From: a virus
Lineage: Duplodnaviria > Caudoviricetes
IMG/VR virus record: IMGVR_UViG_3300028585_000520
Span: 1 to 36,733 of that record
Reading direction: 5' to 3' (one strand)
Length of the DNA stretch: 36,733 nt
Position numbers and translations under genes: made by a program. Under the pieces are notes generated by a model. That model searched no databases, was not told where the DNA came from, and saw nothing but the letters and a program-made list of their open reading frames with translations. This document shows, piece by piece, positions 18,386 through 26,709 of the stretch; position 1 is the stretch's first letter; every line of letters starts with the position of its first letter.

Positions 18386-19515
18386 AATGTCTGTGTGTAT
18401 CGTTGTGGCAATTCAAAATCAAATGCCATGTTGTTAAGTTTCTGCTTATAGTTCTTTATGCGCGATGATGTTGTTTTAAGACTTACCTCAATCCAATCTC
18501 GATAACTATTCCTTGCGAATGGCTGGCCTGTGAATAAATAAATTTTAGGGCTGTCAATAATACCTTCAACAATTTTGCTCTCTGCTTCAGTGAGTGCTTC
18601 AGTTATAACTTTAATAACGTCCTGACTTTCTTTTCCTATTTGAATTGAACGCCCAAAGCTGTTCTCAAAGTTTTCATTGTCATTGTACAATTCACCTAAT
18701 TGCTTTGTAGTTCTATCGATAGCAGCAGTATTTTCAAATAGCCAATAATTGTAAGCACCATACTTATTTAACCATTTGATATAAACCCCACATCGATATG
18801 CTACTTTCTCAACTGATAAATAAAAGCGTTTGTCCGAATGAGGGTCAATCTCTAATTGGTTAACTCCCTCAATTAATGGCAATACATCTTCAATCGTTTC
18901 ATCGGTACGACCATCTGAAAAGAACAAGCGTGTTATAGTGCCAGGCGTATAGAACTCCTGAGACAATAAATTTGTCTTATTTAAAATATTAACACCCTCT
19001 TCAATATGATTATACAATCCAAAATCAAACGGGTAGCCCTGCCAGTATTTTAAATAAGCATGGTTATTTGTTTGCTTCGATAACGGGGTAAGCAAAAGCA
19101 TATCATTTATTGATAGTTCAGAATGCTCTCGAAGCTGCTCGACACCTGCAATCCAGCGCAAGCTATACTCTCCATTGTCGGTAGTGTTATCACTCCTTAC
19201 GGCTTGTATTTTAACAACAAGATTCAGAAATACACCATCGGTAAAATCGTAGACAAATGAGTTTGCACTCGTGCTTTGTATTTGAGTTTGCAGATTATCT
19301 TCAAAATTTCGGGTGTTAATTATCGATGCGATGTAAGGCTTAAAGTTGAAATAGAAAATACCATCTGGACCCGGATATAAACGGACTGAAACATCTTCAG
19401 TCATGGTCACGATGCAATAAGCAGCTACACCTTGTGATAGCCTGAACCTGATAACATCGTTATTGAATGCCATCCTAAGTTTGTCCTCTTTAATATCCTG
19501 TATAAATTGTATCAT
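18382..19515 (-). CDS. Tail protein (distal tail-like)
   Basis: YIKWLNKYGAYNYWLF and IIDSPKIY motifs; tail context. Confidence 0.6.
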   Translation of the reverse strand: MIQFIQDIKEDKLRMAFNNDVIRFRLSQGVAAYCIVTMTEDVSVRLYPGPDGIFYFNFKPYIASIINTRNFEDNLQTQIQSTSANSFVYDFTDGVFLNLVVKIQAVRSDNTTDNGEYSLRWIAGVEQLREHSELSINDMLLLTPLSKQTNNHAYLKYWQGYPFDFGLYNHIEEGVNILNKTNLLSQEFYTPGTITRLFFSDGRTDETIEDVLPLIEGVNQLEIDPHSDKRFYLSVEKVAYRCGVYIKWLNKYGAYNYWLFENTAAIDRTTKQLGELYNDNENFENSFGRSIQIGKESQDVIKVITEALTEAESKIVEGIIDSPKIYLFTGQPFARNSYRDWIEVSLKTTSSRIKNYKQKLNNMAFDFELPQRYTQTL

Positions 19516-19976
19516 GCTGCTTGTAAAACGTTAATCAAATCATTAGTGAAGTTCACCACATATATATCGCTAATCCTGTCTAAAATCTTTTGTATGCGTT
19601 CCGGTGTTACTACCTGGTTAATGAGGTCGACACCACCATGCTCTTGACGCTTCCAACCTTCGCGGCCAATTTTACGAGCTATAAGGAAAGCTAAGCTGCT
19701 GATTGATATCTTACCCTCAATTCGCGATGCAATGCCCTTATCCTTTATCCACTGTTCTATAGCTTCGCTTGGCGGCTGCTTACCGGGTGCACGGCCTGTT
19801 TCAAGCTGCTGGGTATATTCGTAACCTTTAATGCTCGCTTTATTCTCGCTTACTACAACCTCAAGGCCATCAGCCCATTTACCGCTGGAGCGCATACCCA
19901 ATTCATCATACTTTGCGATTAGCTCCAGCTTCAATACTTCAAACTCTTCTGTAAGGATATCTGTAACTTCTGACAT
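19512..19976 (-). CDS. Putative neck/tail completion protein
   Basis: LETGRAPGKQPP...AFLIARKIGREG motif. Confidence 0.55.
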   Translation of the reverse strand: MSEVTDILTEEFEVLKLELIAKYDELGMRSSGKWADGLEVVVSENKASIKGYEYTQQLETGRAPGKQPPSEAIEQWIKDKGIASRIEGKISISSLAFLIARKIGREGWKRQEHGGVDLINQVVTPERIQKILDRISDIYVVNFTNDLINVLQAA

Positions 19977-20416
19977 TAGGCAGGTACTTTAATACGATAG
20001 CTACACAACAGACCATCCATGTTAGCATCAAGTGCGTCGGTAACATCTATGTTATCCCACTGGGATACTTCAGCCTCAAGGCAGGCAAGTGTATTGCCTA
20101 TCTGCCTAAACGTGGTAAGTAACGGTTCAATATTCGTCGTGAACTTGCTTGTAGTTTCGTCCCCACGTTCTTGAAAATACTGCTGGTCGTAATCGGAATG
20201 CTTAACGAGAAAGAATTTGCCCTCATACGTTGCCGATACAATTGCAGTTCCGCTTGTGTTATAATTGGATTTGCGATTAGTGAATTCGTGCAACATGTAA
20301 ATTTGGGTAGGTTCGATAGAACCATCGAGCAGGTTGAGTGCAGCTTTGCGGCCATAGTGATATGTTAGGTTTTTATCGGTTGCGATGTCTTGGAGAATGC
20401 GTACTATATCTTTCAT
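19976..20416 (-). CDS. Putative tail terminator-like protein
   Basis: 146 aa, position among tail genes only. Confidence 0.4.
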   Translation of the reverse strand: MKDIVRILQDIATDKNLTYHYGRKAALNLLDGSIEPTQIYMLHEFTNRKSNYNTSGTAIVSATYEGKFFLVKHSDYDQQYFQERGDETTSKFTTNIEPLLTTFRQIGNTLACLEAEVSQWDNIDVTDALDANMDGLLCSYRIKVPA

Positions 20417-20420
20417 ATGA

Positions 20421-20960
20421 TTATTTTGTCTTTAGTTTTTGATATTCACTTTCGACTTCATTTTGTATCTTAAGTTGTGCAAGCAGGTTTATTATTTCGC
20501 CGTAGGGCTTACGGCCTAAATCGAATGGGTATTGGCCAAACTGTTTACCGAGTTGTGCTAATGGCAATGTATCGTTATACGGCTTCAACCTATCAGCACC
20601 GGCCATATCCCATAAATGGGCATCAGTTGATTTACCTGCTAAAAGCTTACCTTCAGTCTCCATTGCACTTTGGAATGCTCGTAATAGATATTTCTTAGCA
20701 GCATAGAACTCGGTAATTTTTGCTTTCCAAAACTTCTTAGCTTCTACATCAAAGCATATTTCAAATATTTCAGCTACTGTTTCCCAGCTTTCAATCTTAT
20801 TTAGCAGGCGAATGCAATACTTTACGTTTGCCCACGGCATTGAACCCACGTTCATTTGTTTACCAGCAAAAGCATTAACCGGCTTCAGGCTGCTAAGTAT
20901 AATATCATACTGGCCAGCATCAAGTGATTGAGTATATTGTTTTATGTTCAGATTTTTCAT
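20421..20960 (-). CDS. Hypothetical, possible tail assembly chaperone
   Basis: 179-aa helical protein coupled to terL; position only. Confidence 0.4.
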   Translation of the reverse strand: MKNLNIKQYTQSLDAGQYDIILSSLKPVNAFAGKQMNVGSMPWANVKYCIRLLNKIESWETVAEIFEICFDVEAKKFWKAKITEFYAAKKYLLRAFQSAMETEGKLLAGKSTDAHLWDMAGADRLKPYNDTLPLAQLGKQFGQYPFDLGRKPYGEIINLLAQLKIQNEVESEYQKLKTK

Positions 20961-22309
20961 CCTACTCTTACACGGGTGTTATATGTTTTTCTAAGAGCAA
21001 ACCAGTAGCGCATCATGATACTATCCCATTCATCGGGTGAACGGCCTATAAGCTCTTTAATACGGTCTTTCGGCACAATACCTTGCTTGCCATCCTTATC
21101 AATATCTTTCATTTTAACCTGCTCCATCTCTTCGGTGGTAACTTCTTTGACAGTATCATCCTTGGAGAGCTCACCTGTTTTTCGTTCCCTTATCATTTCA
21201 GCCATTTTGATACTGCACTGGCTCTTAAGGTTATCGAAGTTGGGCTTTATCGTAACACCACCCTCAATCATTTCAAGTGGTGAGCTGTTATTTACAAAGC
21301 CTTTACATTTTAGGAAGTCGACAACACCACCACCAACGCCATCTTCATCGGCAACAACATTACTAAGAGCAATTGCATATTCTTTCTGTAACTCTTTAGC
21401 GGTCGATACTACTACATCAAGTCCACTTTTAGCAATGGCCATTCGATGAATACACAACCAGCCATGCCAGATACGGAATACCGTTTTATCTTTACCCTTA
21501 CGTGCAACGTCAATAGTCATATACTTGACACCTTCAGGCTTGAGATGACTTGGATTGAAATAATCATCAATGCTATCAGTGTCAATTAGGGTAGAGGGAT
21601 CATCATCAAACTCCCAGTTACCATATAAAAGCCTTTCTTTCTGATTTGCATCAAGGCTTCTAATCAGGCTTTCCAAATATCCTTTATCAAGGCGCTTGTT
21701 ATCCTGTGGGAGTGCCTGTATGAAAGCTTTCCAATGCTCCAGCTTGTTATCTTTCTTCTTTTTGTAATACTCAGTGTATAGATAATTTTTAGCTGGATTA
21801 CAGGTTTGTAATAGCTTGCCAGTAAGTCCATATTCTTGATTACGCCATCGGCCAATGGATGCAGCAAGGTTATTTTTTGCGGCGCTGTTGAATTCTCCAG
21901 CTTCCTCAATCCATCCCCTGGTCATCTGCATAGAACCGAAACGGTAATACAGAGGGTCAGACGGCAAATATTTTGCATCAATCAAATATACCCGGCTACC
22001 ATTGTGAAACTCAAAGTAGTTATCCTGGCCGTTGTAAGTGTAATACTTGCCACTTAGGCCCCAGATGTCAAACACTTCATGTATAGATGGGATTGTAAAC
22101 TTCCTTATGTCGTTTAGCTTCCTTCGGGCAATGAAATAATGTGTGCCCGGGTAAATCAATGCATCAGCTAATATCAAAGAACATCCGAGAAAACTCTTTC
22201 CTGACCCTTTAGAGCCACCATAAACAATATCAGTAGTATTTTTATCAATCCAGTGCTTAGCTGCCTCCAGCTGCTTTCTGTTGCCGTGTACATTAAGTTG
22301 AAGGTTCAT
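20957..22309 (-). CDS. terL: Terminase large subunit
   Basis: YGGSKGSGKS Walker A, WIEEAGE Walker B, TCNP, IDVARKGKD and GRSPDEWDS nuclease motifs. Confidence 0.95.
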   Translation of the reverse strand: MNLQLNVHGNRKQLEAAKHWIDKNTTDIVYGGSKGSGKSFLGCSLILADALIYPGTHYFIARRKLNDIRKFTIPSIHEVFDIWGLSGKYYTYNGQDNYFEFHNGSRVYLIDAKYLPSDPLYYRFGSMQMTRGWIEEAGEFNSAAKNNLAASIGRWRNQEYGLTGKLLQTCNPAKNYLYTEYYKKKKDNKLEHWKAFIQALPQDNKRLDKGYLESLIRSLDANQKERLLYGNWEFDDDPSTLIDTDSIDDYFNPSHLKPEGVKYMTIDVARKGKDKTVFRIWHGWLCIHRMAIAKSGLDVVVSTAKELQKEYAIALSNVVADEDGVGGGVVDFLKCKGFVNNSSPLEMIEGGVTIKPNFDNLKSQCSIKMAEMIRERKTGELSKDDTVKEVTTEEMEQVKMKDIDKDGKQGIVPKDRIKELIGRSPDEWDSIMMRYWFALRKTYNTRVRVG

Positions 22310-22808
22310 CTGGTTTGTCTACTATTTGCATACCTGTAATCGGAACGGCTGGTAAATCCTTACCATTGGTGGTGTGGTCGAATTCCTGCTTATCGCGCCA
22401 TACGTCCGATTTTCTATTCTTTAGCCAAAAGATAGCTGCTGTGGTATCGGGCGGGTGCGCCTCTTCAACGGTAACCACCTTGACATCTTCAGTTGAGCCT
22501 TCACCATTCTTAGTGGTGCGCACCTTAAATGCTTTTTGGGTTTTAGCTTTAAACCCTATGGCTTTTTGATAGAGTGATGAAGCCACATTCATATCAGCTT
22601 CCATCTTACCCTTTTTTATGGACTCTGAAAATTCAGGTTCGTTCAACTTCCAAAGGTTTATTGTAGATTCTGCTACATCAAAAAAATCAGCTATCTGCTT
22701 GTCAGTAGCACCCAATATTGCAAGCTTCAAAACCTGAACATTGTATTCAGGTAGATATTTGGTAGGCCTGCCAACCTTTTTTGTTTCTTCCAGTTTTTTC
22801 TTAGCCAT
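22293..22808 (-). CDS. terS: Terminase small subunit
   Basis: GRPTKY, HTH (TDKQIADFFDVAESTINLW), PPDTTAAIFWLKNR. Confidence 0.9.
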   Translation of the reverse strand: MAKKKLEETKKVGRPTKYLPEYNVQVLKLAILGATDKQIADFFDVAESTINLWKLNEPEFSESIKKGKMEADMNVASSLYQKAIGFKAKTQKAFKVRTTKNGEGSTEDVKVVTVEEAHPPDTTAAIFWLKNRKSDVWRDKQEFDHTTNGKDLPAVPITGMQIVDKPDEPST

Positions 22809-22813
22809 GTGTT

Positions 22814-23020
22814 TTATTTATCATCAATGATACCTTCAGCTAAGTCGATAACATCTTCCAATGTCTCAATCCTTGCTTTCAGTTCGACGTAATCTTGTTT
22901 CTGTACAGATGAAGCCGCATTGGAATTAATAAGCCCTTCTATGTCCTTAAGCTTATCCTTAGCACGCTTTACTTTATTTTTTAATACGTTTATTAGTGAC
23001 ATAAATTTGGTATTGCTCAT
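22814..23020 (-). CDS. Small coiled-coil hypothetical protein
   Basis: 68 aa, heptad pattern; TAATTTTG box at 23041-48 upstream. Confidence 0.65.
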   Translation of the reverse strand: MSNTKFMSLINVLKNKVKRAKDKLKDIEGLINSNAASSVQKQDYVELKARIETLEDVIDLAEGIIDDK

Positions 23021-23054
23021 GATGCTGTATTTTATTACAGCAAAATTAAATTGA

Positions 23055-23663
23055 TTAAATCTGAACGTCTTTCTTTGGATATGGTTTTGACATTGATTTT
23101 AACTTTTGCGCCATACTCTTGTGCATGGGGTATACATACTTAATCTTTGCCTTACCAATTATTACTTCTGCATCCGGGTCCAGGTTCTCTTTAACCCAAT
23201 CAATCCCGGATTTACCATATTTCTTATTGATGCTCCTGCGATGGGTAAGCTTACCGTTTAACATGATGCCGCGCTCATTGGCATACTCCCCAATGTATAG
23301 GAAGTTCGTAGCCTGGTATATCGTGCCGATGTGTTCCTGATTGCGATCGGCATAGCTTACTACAACCTTAACAGCCGGCGCATCTTTTTTAAGTTGCCTT
23401 AATGCCATGGCCAACACCTGTGATGTCGTTTGTTGCTTACCATTGAGAGCCATTCTAACCAGTTCGATTACCTGTCCCTGAACCAATCCAAATTCTTTTG
23501 CGATTGATGGGTTAGCCCCATTGGAGAACAAAGCTACCCCACACCATTCATCAGCGTCATTGAATACAGAATAACCCAAACGTATTTGCGGCACAGACTT
23601 CGAATAGTGGAAGTAGTGGCACGCATGCCTGATGGCTTTACCGGATGCTTTCTCTAATCTCAT
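23055..23663 (-). CDS. mom: Mom-family adenine-modifying (methylcarbamoylation) GNAT-like protein
   Basis: FHYSKSVP, ELVRMAL, VVSYADRNQEHIGTIYQATNF motifs characteristic of the Mu Mom family. Confidence 0.85.
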   Translation of the reverse strand: MRLEKASGKAIRHACHYFHYSKSVPQIRLGYSVFNDADEWCGVALFSNGANPSIAKEFGLVQGQVIELVRMALNGKQQTTSQVLAMALRQLKKDAPAVKVVVSYADRNQEHIGTIYQATNFLYIGEYANERGIMLNGKLTHRRSINKKYGKSGIDWVKENLDPDAEVIIGKAKIKYVYPMHKSMAQKLKSMSKPYPKKDVQI

Positions 23664-24244
23664 ATTTCGCCTTGGCTTACGCTGTACATCACAGATGTTA
23701 ATTTGCTGTCATTTTGCAAGAGCCCTTTAAACTTTATTTCGAAATAATCCATTTGGCGGGTATCGGCAAAGGTTAGCTTAAGGGTAGGGGGTGCATCTTT
23801 TTTAGGTGCTGTCAAATCCGTTGGCTCACTGGGAATAGTCGTATCGAAAATGCTCACCTCAAAATCTTTAAAACCGAAGTCACTCATGATGTTGAGGTCA
23901 ATGTTAAATTCAAGTAGCTTTTGCTCATCCCATTCACCGCGGTGAAGATTATCCTTAATCATCCTTTCATCCATTACATGCTGAGGGATGTCCTCTTCAA
24001 CAAAGCAATGGATGTACGGCTGGTCATTTGCTTTTGCTGCCTTAAGCCTTTGTGTTCCGGCATAGCAGTAGTACACCCCACCCATCAAATTGACAAGCGG
24101 TGGCCGTTGCAATAGGAAATTAGGATCTTGCTTTATATCCTGTATCAGTTTCTGGAATTCCGAATCAGTTATTGTCCGGGGGTTTCGCTCCAATGTTTGT
24201 ATATCGGAGGTTTTTAGTTCGATTAGTTGCACTTTAGTTTCCAT
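23660..24244 (-). CDS. ParB/Srx N-terminal domain protein
   Basis: NPRTI...RPPLV...AGTQRLKAA...IKDN; overlaps the mom start (ATGA). Confidence 0.85.
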   Translation of the reverse strand: METKVQLIELKTSDIQTLERNPRTITDSEFQKLIQDIKQDPNFLLQRPPLVNLMGGVYYCYAGTQRLKAAKANDQPYIHCFVEEDIPQHVMDERMIKDNLHRGEWDEQKLLEFNIDLNIMSDFGFKDFEVSIFDTTIPSEPTDLTAPKKDAPPTLKLTFADTRQMDYFEIKFKGLLQNDSKLTSVMYSVSQGEI

Positions 24245-24671
24245 ATCCAACAATCATTAAGGCAGCATCGCGCTGTTCCTGGTTAGTACGTGTAGGTATA
24301 GATATCATTCGGGCAAGTTCCTCATGTGAAATTTTGCCATCTTTAGCTTTCCAAATTTTCTTAAGCGGTTTAACTTCTTGAAAGGGGATTGAAAGATGCT
24401 GGCACATTTCGACAATCTTACGACCGGTCTCATGGTTGCGCCCAGCTGCATTACCAATGTTGGCATTAATAGCAGCGGTACCGGTAACTTTCTTATTCCA
24501 GTTATGTTTAATTAACCATGCAGCCTCAATACGGACCAGAGCAATTTTCTCCCTGTGTTTTGACAGGAAGTCGAAAAGTTGAAAGAATGATAATGTATGT
24601 AGGGAATAGCCTAAAGAATTCTTTACAGCCACTCCTGATTTTGTAACGTCTGGGTCAATGCCAATAAGCAT
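24234..24671 (-). CDS. RuvC-like Holliday junction resolvase
   Basis: IGIDPD, RIEA, EQRDAA RNase H-fold acidic motifs. Confidence 0.75.
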   Translation of the reverse strand: MLIGIDPDVTKSGVAVKNSLGYSLHTLSFFQLFDFLSKHREKIALVRIEAAWLIKHNWNKKVTGTAAINANIGNAAGRNHETGRKIVEMCQHLSIPFQEVKPLKKIWKAKDGKISHEELARMISIPTRTNQEQRDAALMIVGYGN

Positions 24672-24760
24672 ATGGAAAAAATATATTTCCCGGAAGGGTG
24701 AAATATCGCGCCGTGTGGCAGGGGTGAAGTATTACCAGCTAAGCTGCTGATTGTGTAGTA

Positions 24761-24804
24761 CAAATATAGGCAATTTTAGTGATATTTTATGATAGCTACC
24801 TGTC
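24761..24804 (-). promoter_or_regulatory. Candidate late promoter with upstream GACA-N6-TATC site
   Basis: TATATTTG at 24761-68 (minus); no TTG at the -33 position; motif at 24791-24804. Confidence 0.55.
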
Positions 24805-24880
24805 TGTAACAAAATTTATTTAGAAGATAATAATCTTATATGGCTTAGATTTTATTACTTTGCAAAAAAGATTTTTCACA

Positions 24881-25168
24881 ATGACATTTAATGAACAAAA
24901 GATTGAAGCGGGGAGTTTAACTCTTAGGGATATCCAAAATTTAGTCGATGGCAATACTAGCAAAGCAATGGCACTGGGTGTTGAGTTGTCTTGGTATGCT
25001 ACTGGGAGGCACGTCACTGGACGAATAAGAAAAAACGGTGTGATAATTTGGAGTGTAACAGCATCTACTATTAGCTTTCCCTTTAACCTTTGCAGGATGT
25101 ATGAATTGATAAATCAGCGATTAGATTTTTTAATTGCTGAGAGTGTATCTAAGGCTAATCATAAATAA
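24881..25168 (+). CDS. Hypothetical moron protein (95 aa)
   Basis: ATG 24881 after a TTACTTTG -7-like box; ends before a bidirectional terminator. Confidence 0.55.
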   Translation: MTFNEQKIEAGSLTLRDIQNLVDGNTSKAMALGVELSWYATGRHVTGRIRKNGVIIWSVTASTISFPFNLCRMYELINQRLDFLIAESVSKANHK

Positions 25169-25192
25169 CATTAATAGTTTGAACTCTGTAAT

Positions 25193-25222
25193 AAAAAAGG
25201 CCTACATACTGCAGGCCTTTTT
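25193..25222. terminator. Bidirectional intrinsic terminator
   Basis: AAAAAAGGCCTACA-TAC-TGCAGGCCTTTTT between convergent genes. Confidence 0.85.
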
Positions 25223-25223
25223 G

Positions 25224-25631
25224 TTATTCTTCAATCTTGGATTCTTTTTCCTCCGACAACTTTACAAAGTTAATTGATGGAAGTATTACGGGTTCGAATC
25301 CTGATTGTAATGTGACATTTGAAATGAAAGCCCTTAAATAGGGAAATCCTATAGCTGGTGCATTTATCTTAGGAAAAGCAGAAAGCTTGAAAGCTTCACT
25401 AATTACTTCATCCGTTTCAAAGTTAAATACTGCTTCTAAATTAAGATCAAATAATTTATCTTTTACTTCAATACTAAATGCTACTCCAAATGCTTTATCA
25501 TTATCATCATCTTCTTCAGCAAAATAATTTGCAGATTCAAGATTAAAATTGTTTTCCTCTCTCTTATTTTCTTCCTTTAAAAGAGCGAATGTCATATTTA
25601 CTATTTTCCAATCAGTTAATTGAATCTTCAT
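25224..25631 (-). CDS. SecB-like chaperone (CmdC-like)
   Basis: NAPAIGFPYLRAFISNVTLQSGFEPVILPSINF is the SecB-family signature. Confidence 0.9.
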   Translation of the reverse strand: MKIQLTDWKIVNMTFALLKEENKREENNFNLESANYFAEEDDDNDKAFGVAFSIEVKDKLFDLNLEAVFNFETDEVISEAFKLSAFPKINAPAIGFPYLRAFISNVTLQSGFEPVILPSINFVKLSEEKESKIEE

Positions 25632-25632
25632 T

Positions 25633-25860
25633 TTATGCTGCTATTGAATAATCACAGTAGTCTTTTCCTTCATCATATACTCCTGAATTTGATTTGGAAT
25701 TATAGAAAGATTTTACAACTGAGTCAAATTTTTGATTTTCTATTTCTATGTTTACTTCACAGAAATCATACTTATTGACCGTTATATTCAATAATTCCTC
25801 TGCCGAAATATTATCGAAATAATTGTCAATCCTCTTTTTTAATTCTTTTGTAAGTTTCAT
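25633..25860 (-). CDS. Putative antitoxin with chaperone-addiction-like C-terminal tail
   Basis: 75 aa between toxin and SecB-like gene; helical N-terminus, polar/aromatic tail ending YSIAA; ATGA overlap with the toxin. Confidence 0.7.
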   Translation of the reverse strand: MKLTKELKKRIDNYFDNISAEELLNITVNKYDFCEVNIEIENQKFDSVVKSFYNSKSNSGVYDEGKDYCDYSIAA

Positions 25861-26420
25861 ATAACACTTCCGTTTGTAATAATCTTAGTAGACTTTATAT
25901 TCTTAGCAGGGTCAAAAACCGTGCAAATTGTGCAATTATTAGTGCGCAAATTTAAACCTTTAATCTTCTCTTTTGTAAATTTTATATAAAAATTACCTTT
26001 TGCAACCTCTATATCTACTATATTTTCCCTCCTTGCAAAGTTCAAAAATTGACCATCTTGATATTTAACCGTCTTTCTTATTGACCCCATCTTTTTGATA
26101 TACCGATCTATAATATAATCAAAGACATCTAACCCATCCTCGGTAGTCAAGTCCAAAAAATTATCGTCATGCACTTCAATATGTGATAGAAGAACACAAT
26201 AATTCCGATACTTATTCCTTTTAAATTTATTATCCCATGCTCTTGAAATAGCCCATTTTACAGCCAAGTCCTCAAGCTTACTGCTAATACCCTTTATAAA
26301 GAAATAAACACCATCCCCTAACCATTCCTCATCACCAGTTGAAAGATCATATTTCGAACTCTGTATTGATTGCGCAGACTCAAGACTGGTACCGTGATAA
26401 CCTTCTAGATTAATAATCAT
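25857..26420 (-). CDS. ADP-ribosyltransferase-fold toxin (CmdT-like)
   Basis: N-terminal GYHGT plus WLGDGVYFF, and FLDL; first gene of the toxin-antitoxin-SecB triad. Confidence 0.8.
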   Translation of the reverse strand: MIINLEGYHGTSLESAQSIQSSKYDLSTGDEEWLGDGVYFFIKGISSKLEDLAVKWAISRAWDNKFKRNKYRNYCVLLSHIEVHDDNFLDLTTEDGLDVFDYIIDRYIKKMGSIRKTVKYQDGQFLNFARRENIVDIEVAKGNFYIKFTKEKIKGLNLRTNNCTICTVFDPAKNIKSTKIITNGSVI

Positions 26421-26443
26421 TAAATTTAACGATTAAGTTTCTC

Positions 26444-26451
26444 CAAATGTA
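26444..26451 (-). promoter_or_regulatory. -7 promoter box for the TAC operon
   Basis: TACATTTG on the minus strand, 23 nt upstream of the toxin ATG. Confidence 0.6.
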
Positions 26452-26532
26452 TTTAAAAATACTTAAATTTTAATAAATTTTAATTAAAATCGTTAATGGG
26501 TGTATTAGTCCGATTATCAGCAAGTTAATAGA

Positions 26533-26700
26533 TTATTCTAATTCTTTTTTTTCTGTTCCATCTTCATTAAACCCAAATGCTAACAGGCAATCCTTTACAG
26601 TAAGTTGGGATGGCTTCACATCAATTAAATATTTCTGTCCATTATTAAGCCTCGCTCTGGAGGTTCTTAAATAAGGTTTGCTTTGTTTTTTCTGTTCCAT
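26533..26700 (-). CDS. Hypothetical 55-aa protein (not in ORF track)
   Basis: Hand translation MEQKKQSKPYLRTSRARLNNGQKYLIDVKPSQLTVKDCLLAFGFNEDGTEKKELE*. Confidence 0.45.
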   Translation of the reverse strand: MEQKKQSKPYLRTSRARLNNGQKYLIDVKPSQLTVKDCLLAFGFNEDGTEKKELE

Positions 26701-26709
26701 AATCTATAG

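Noticed and set aside
20421-20470. Programmed -1 frameshift of a tail assembly chaperone
   Set aside because: No XXXYYYZ slippery heptamer seen near the gene end
25224-25631. Housekeeping secB export chaperone
   Set aside because: It lies inside a prophage, coupled to a toxin and a small gene, which is the TAC arrangement
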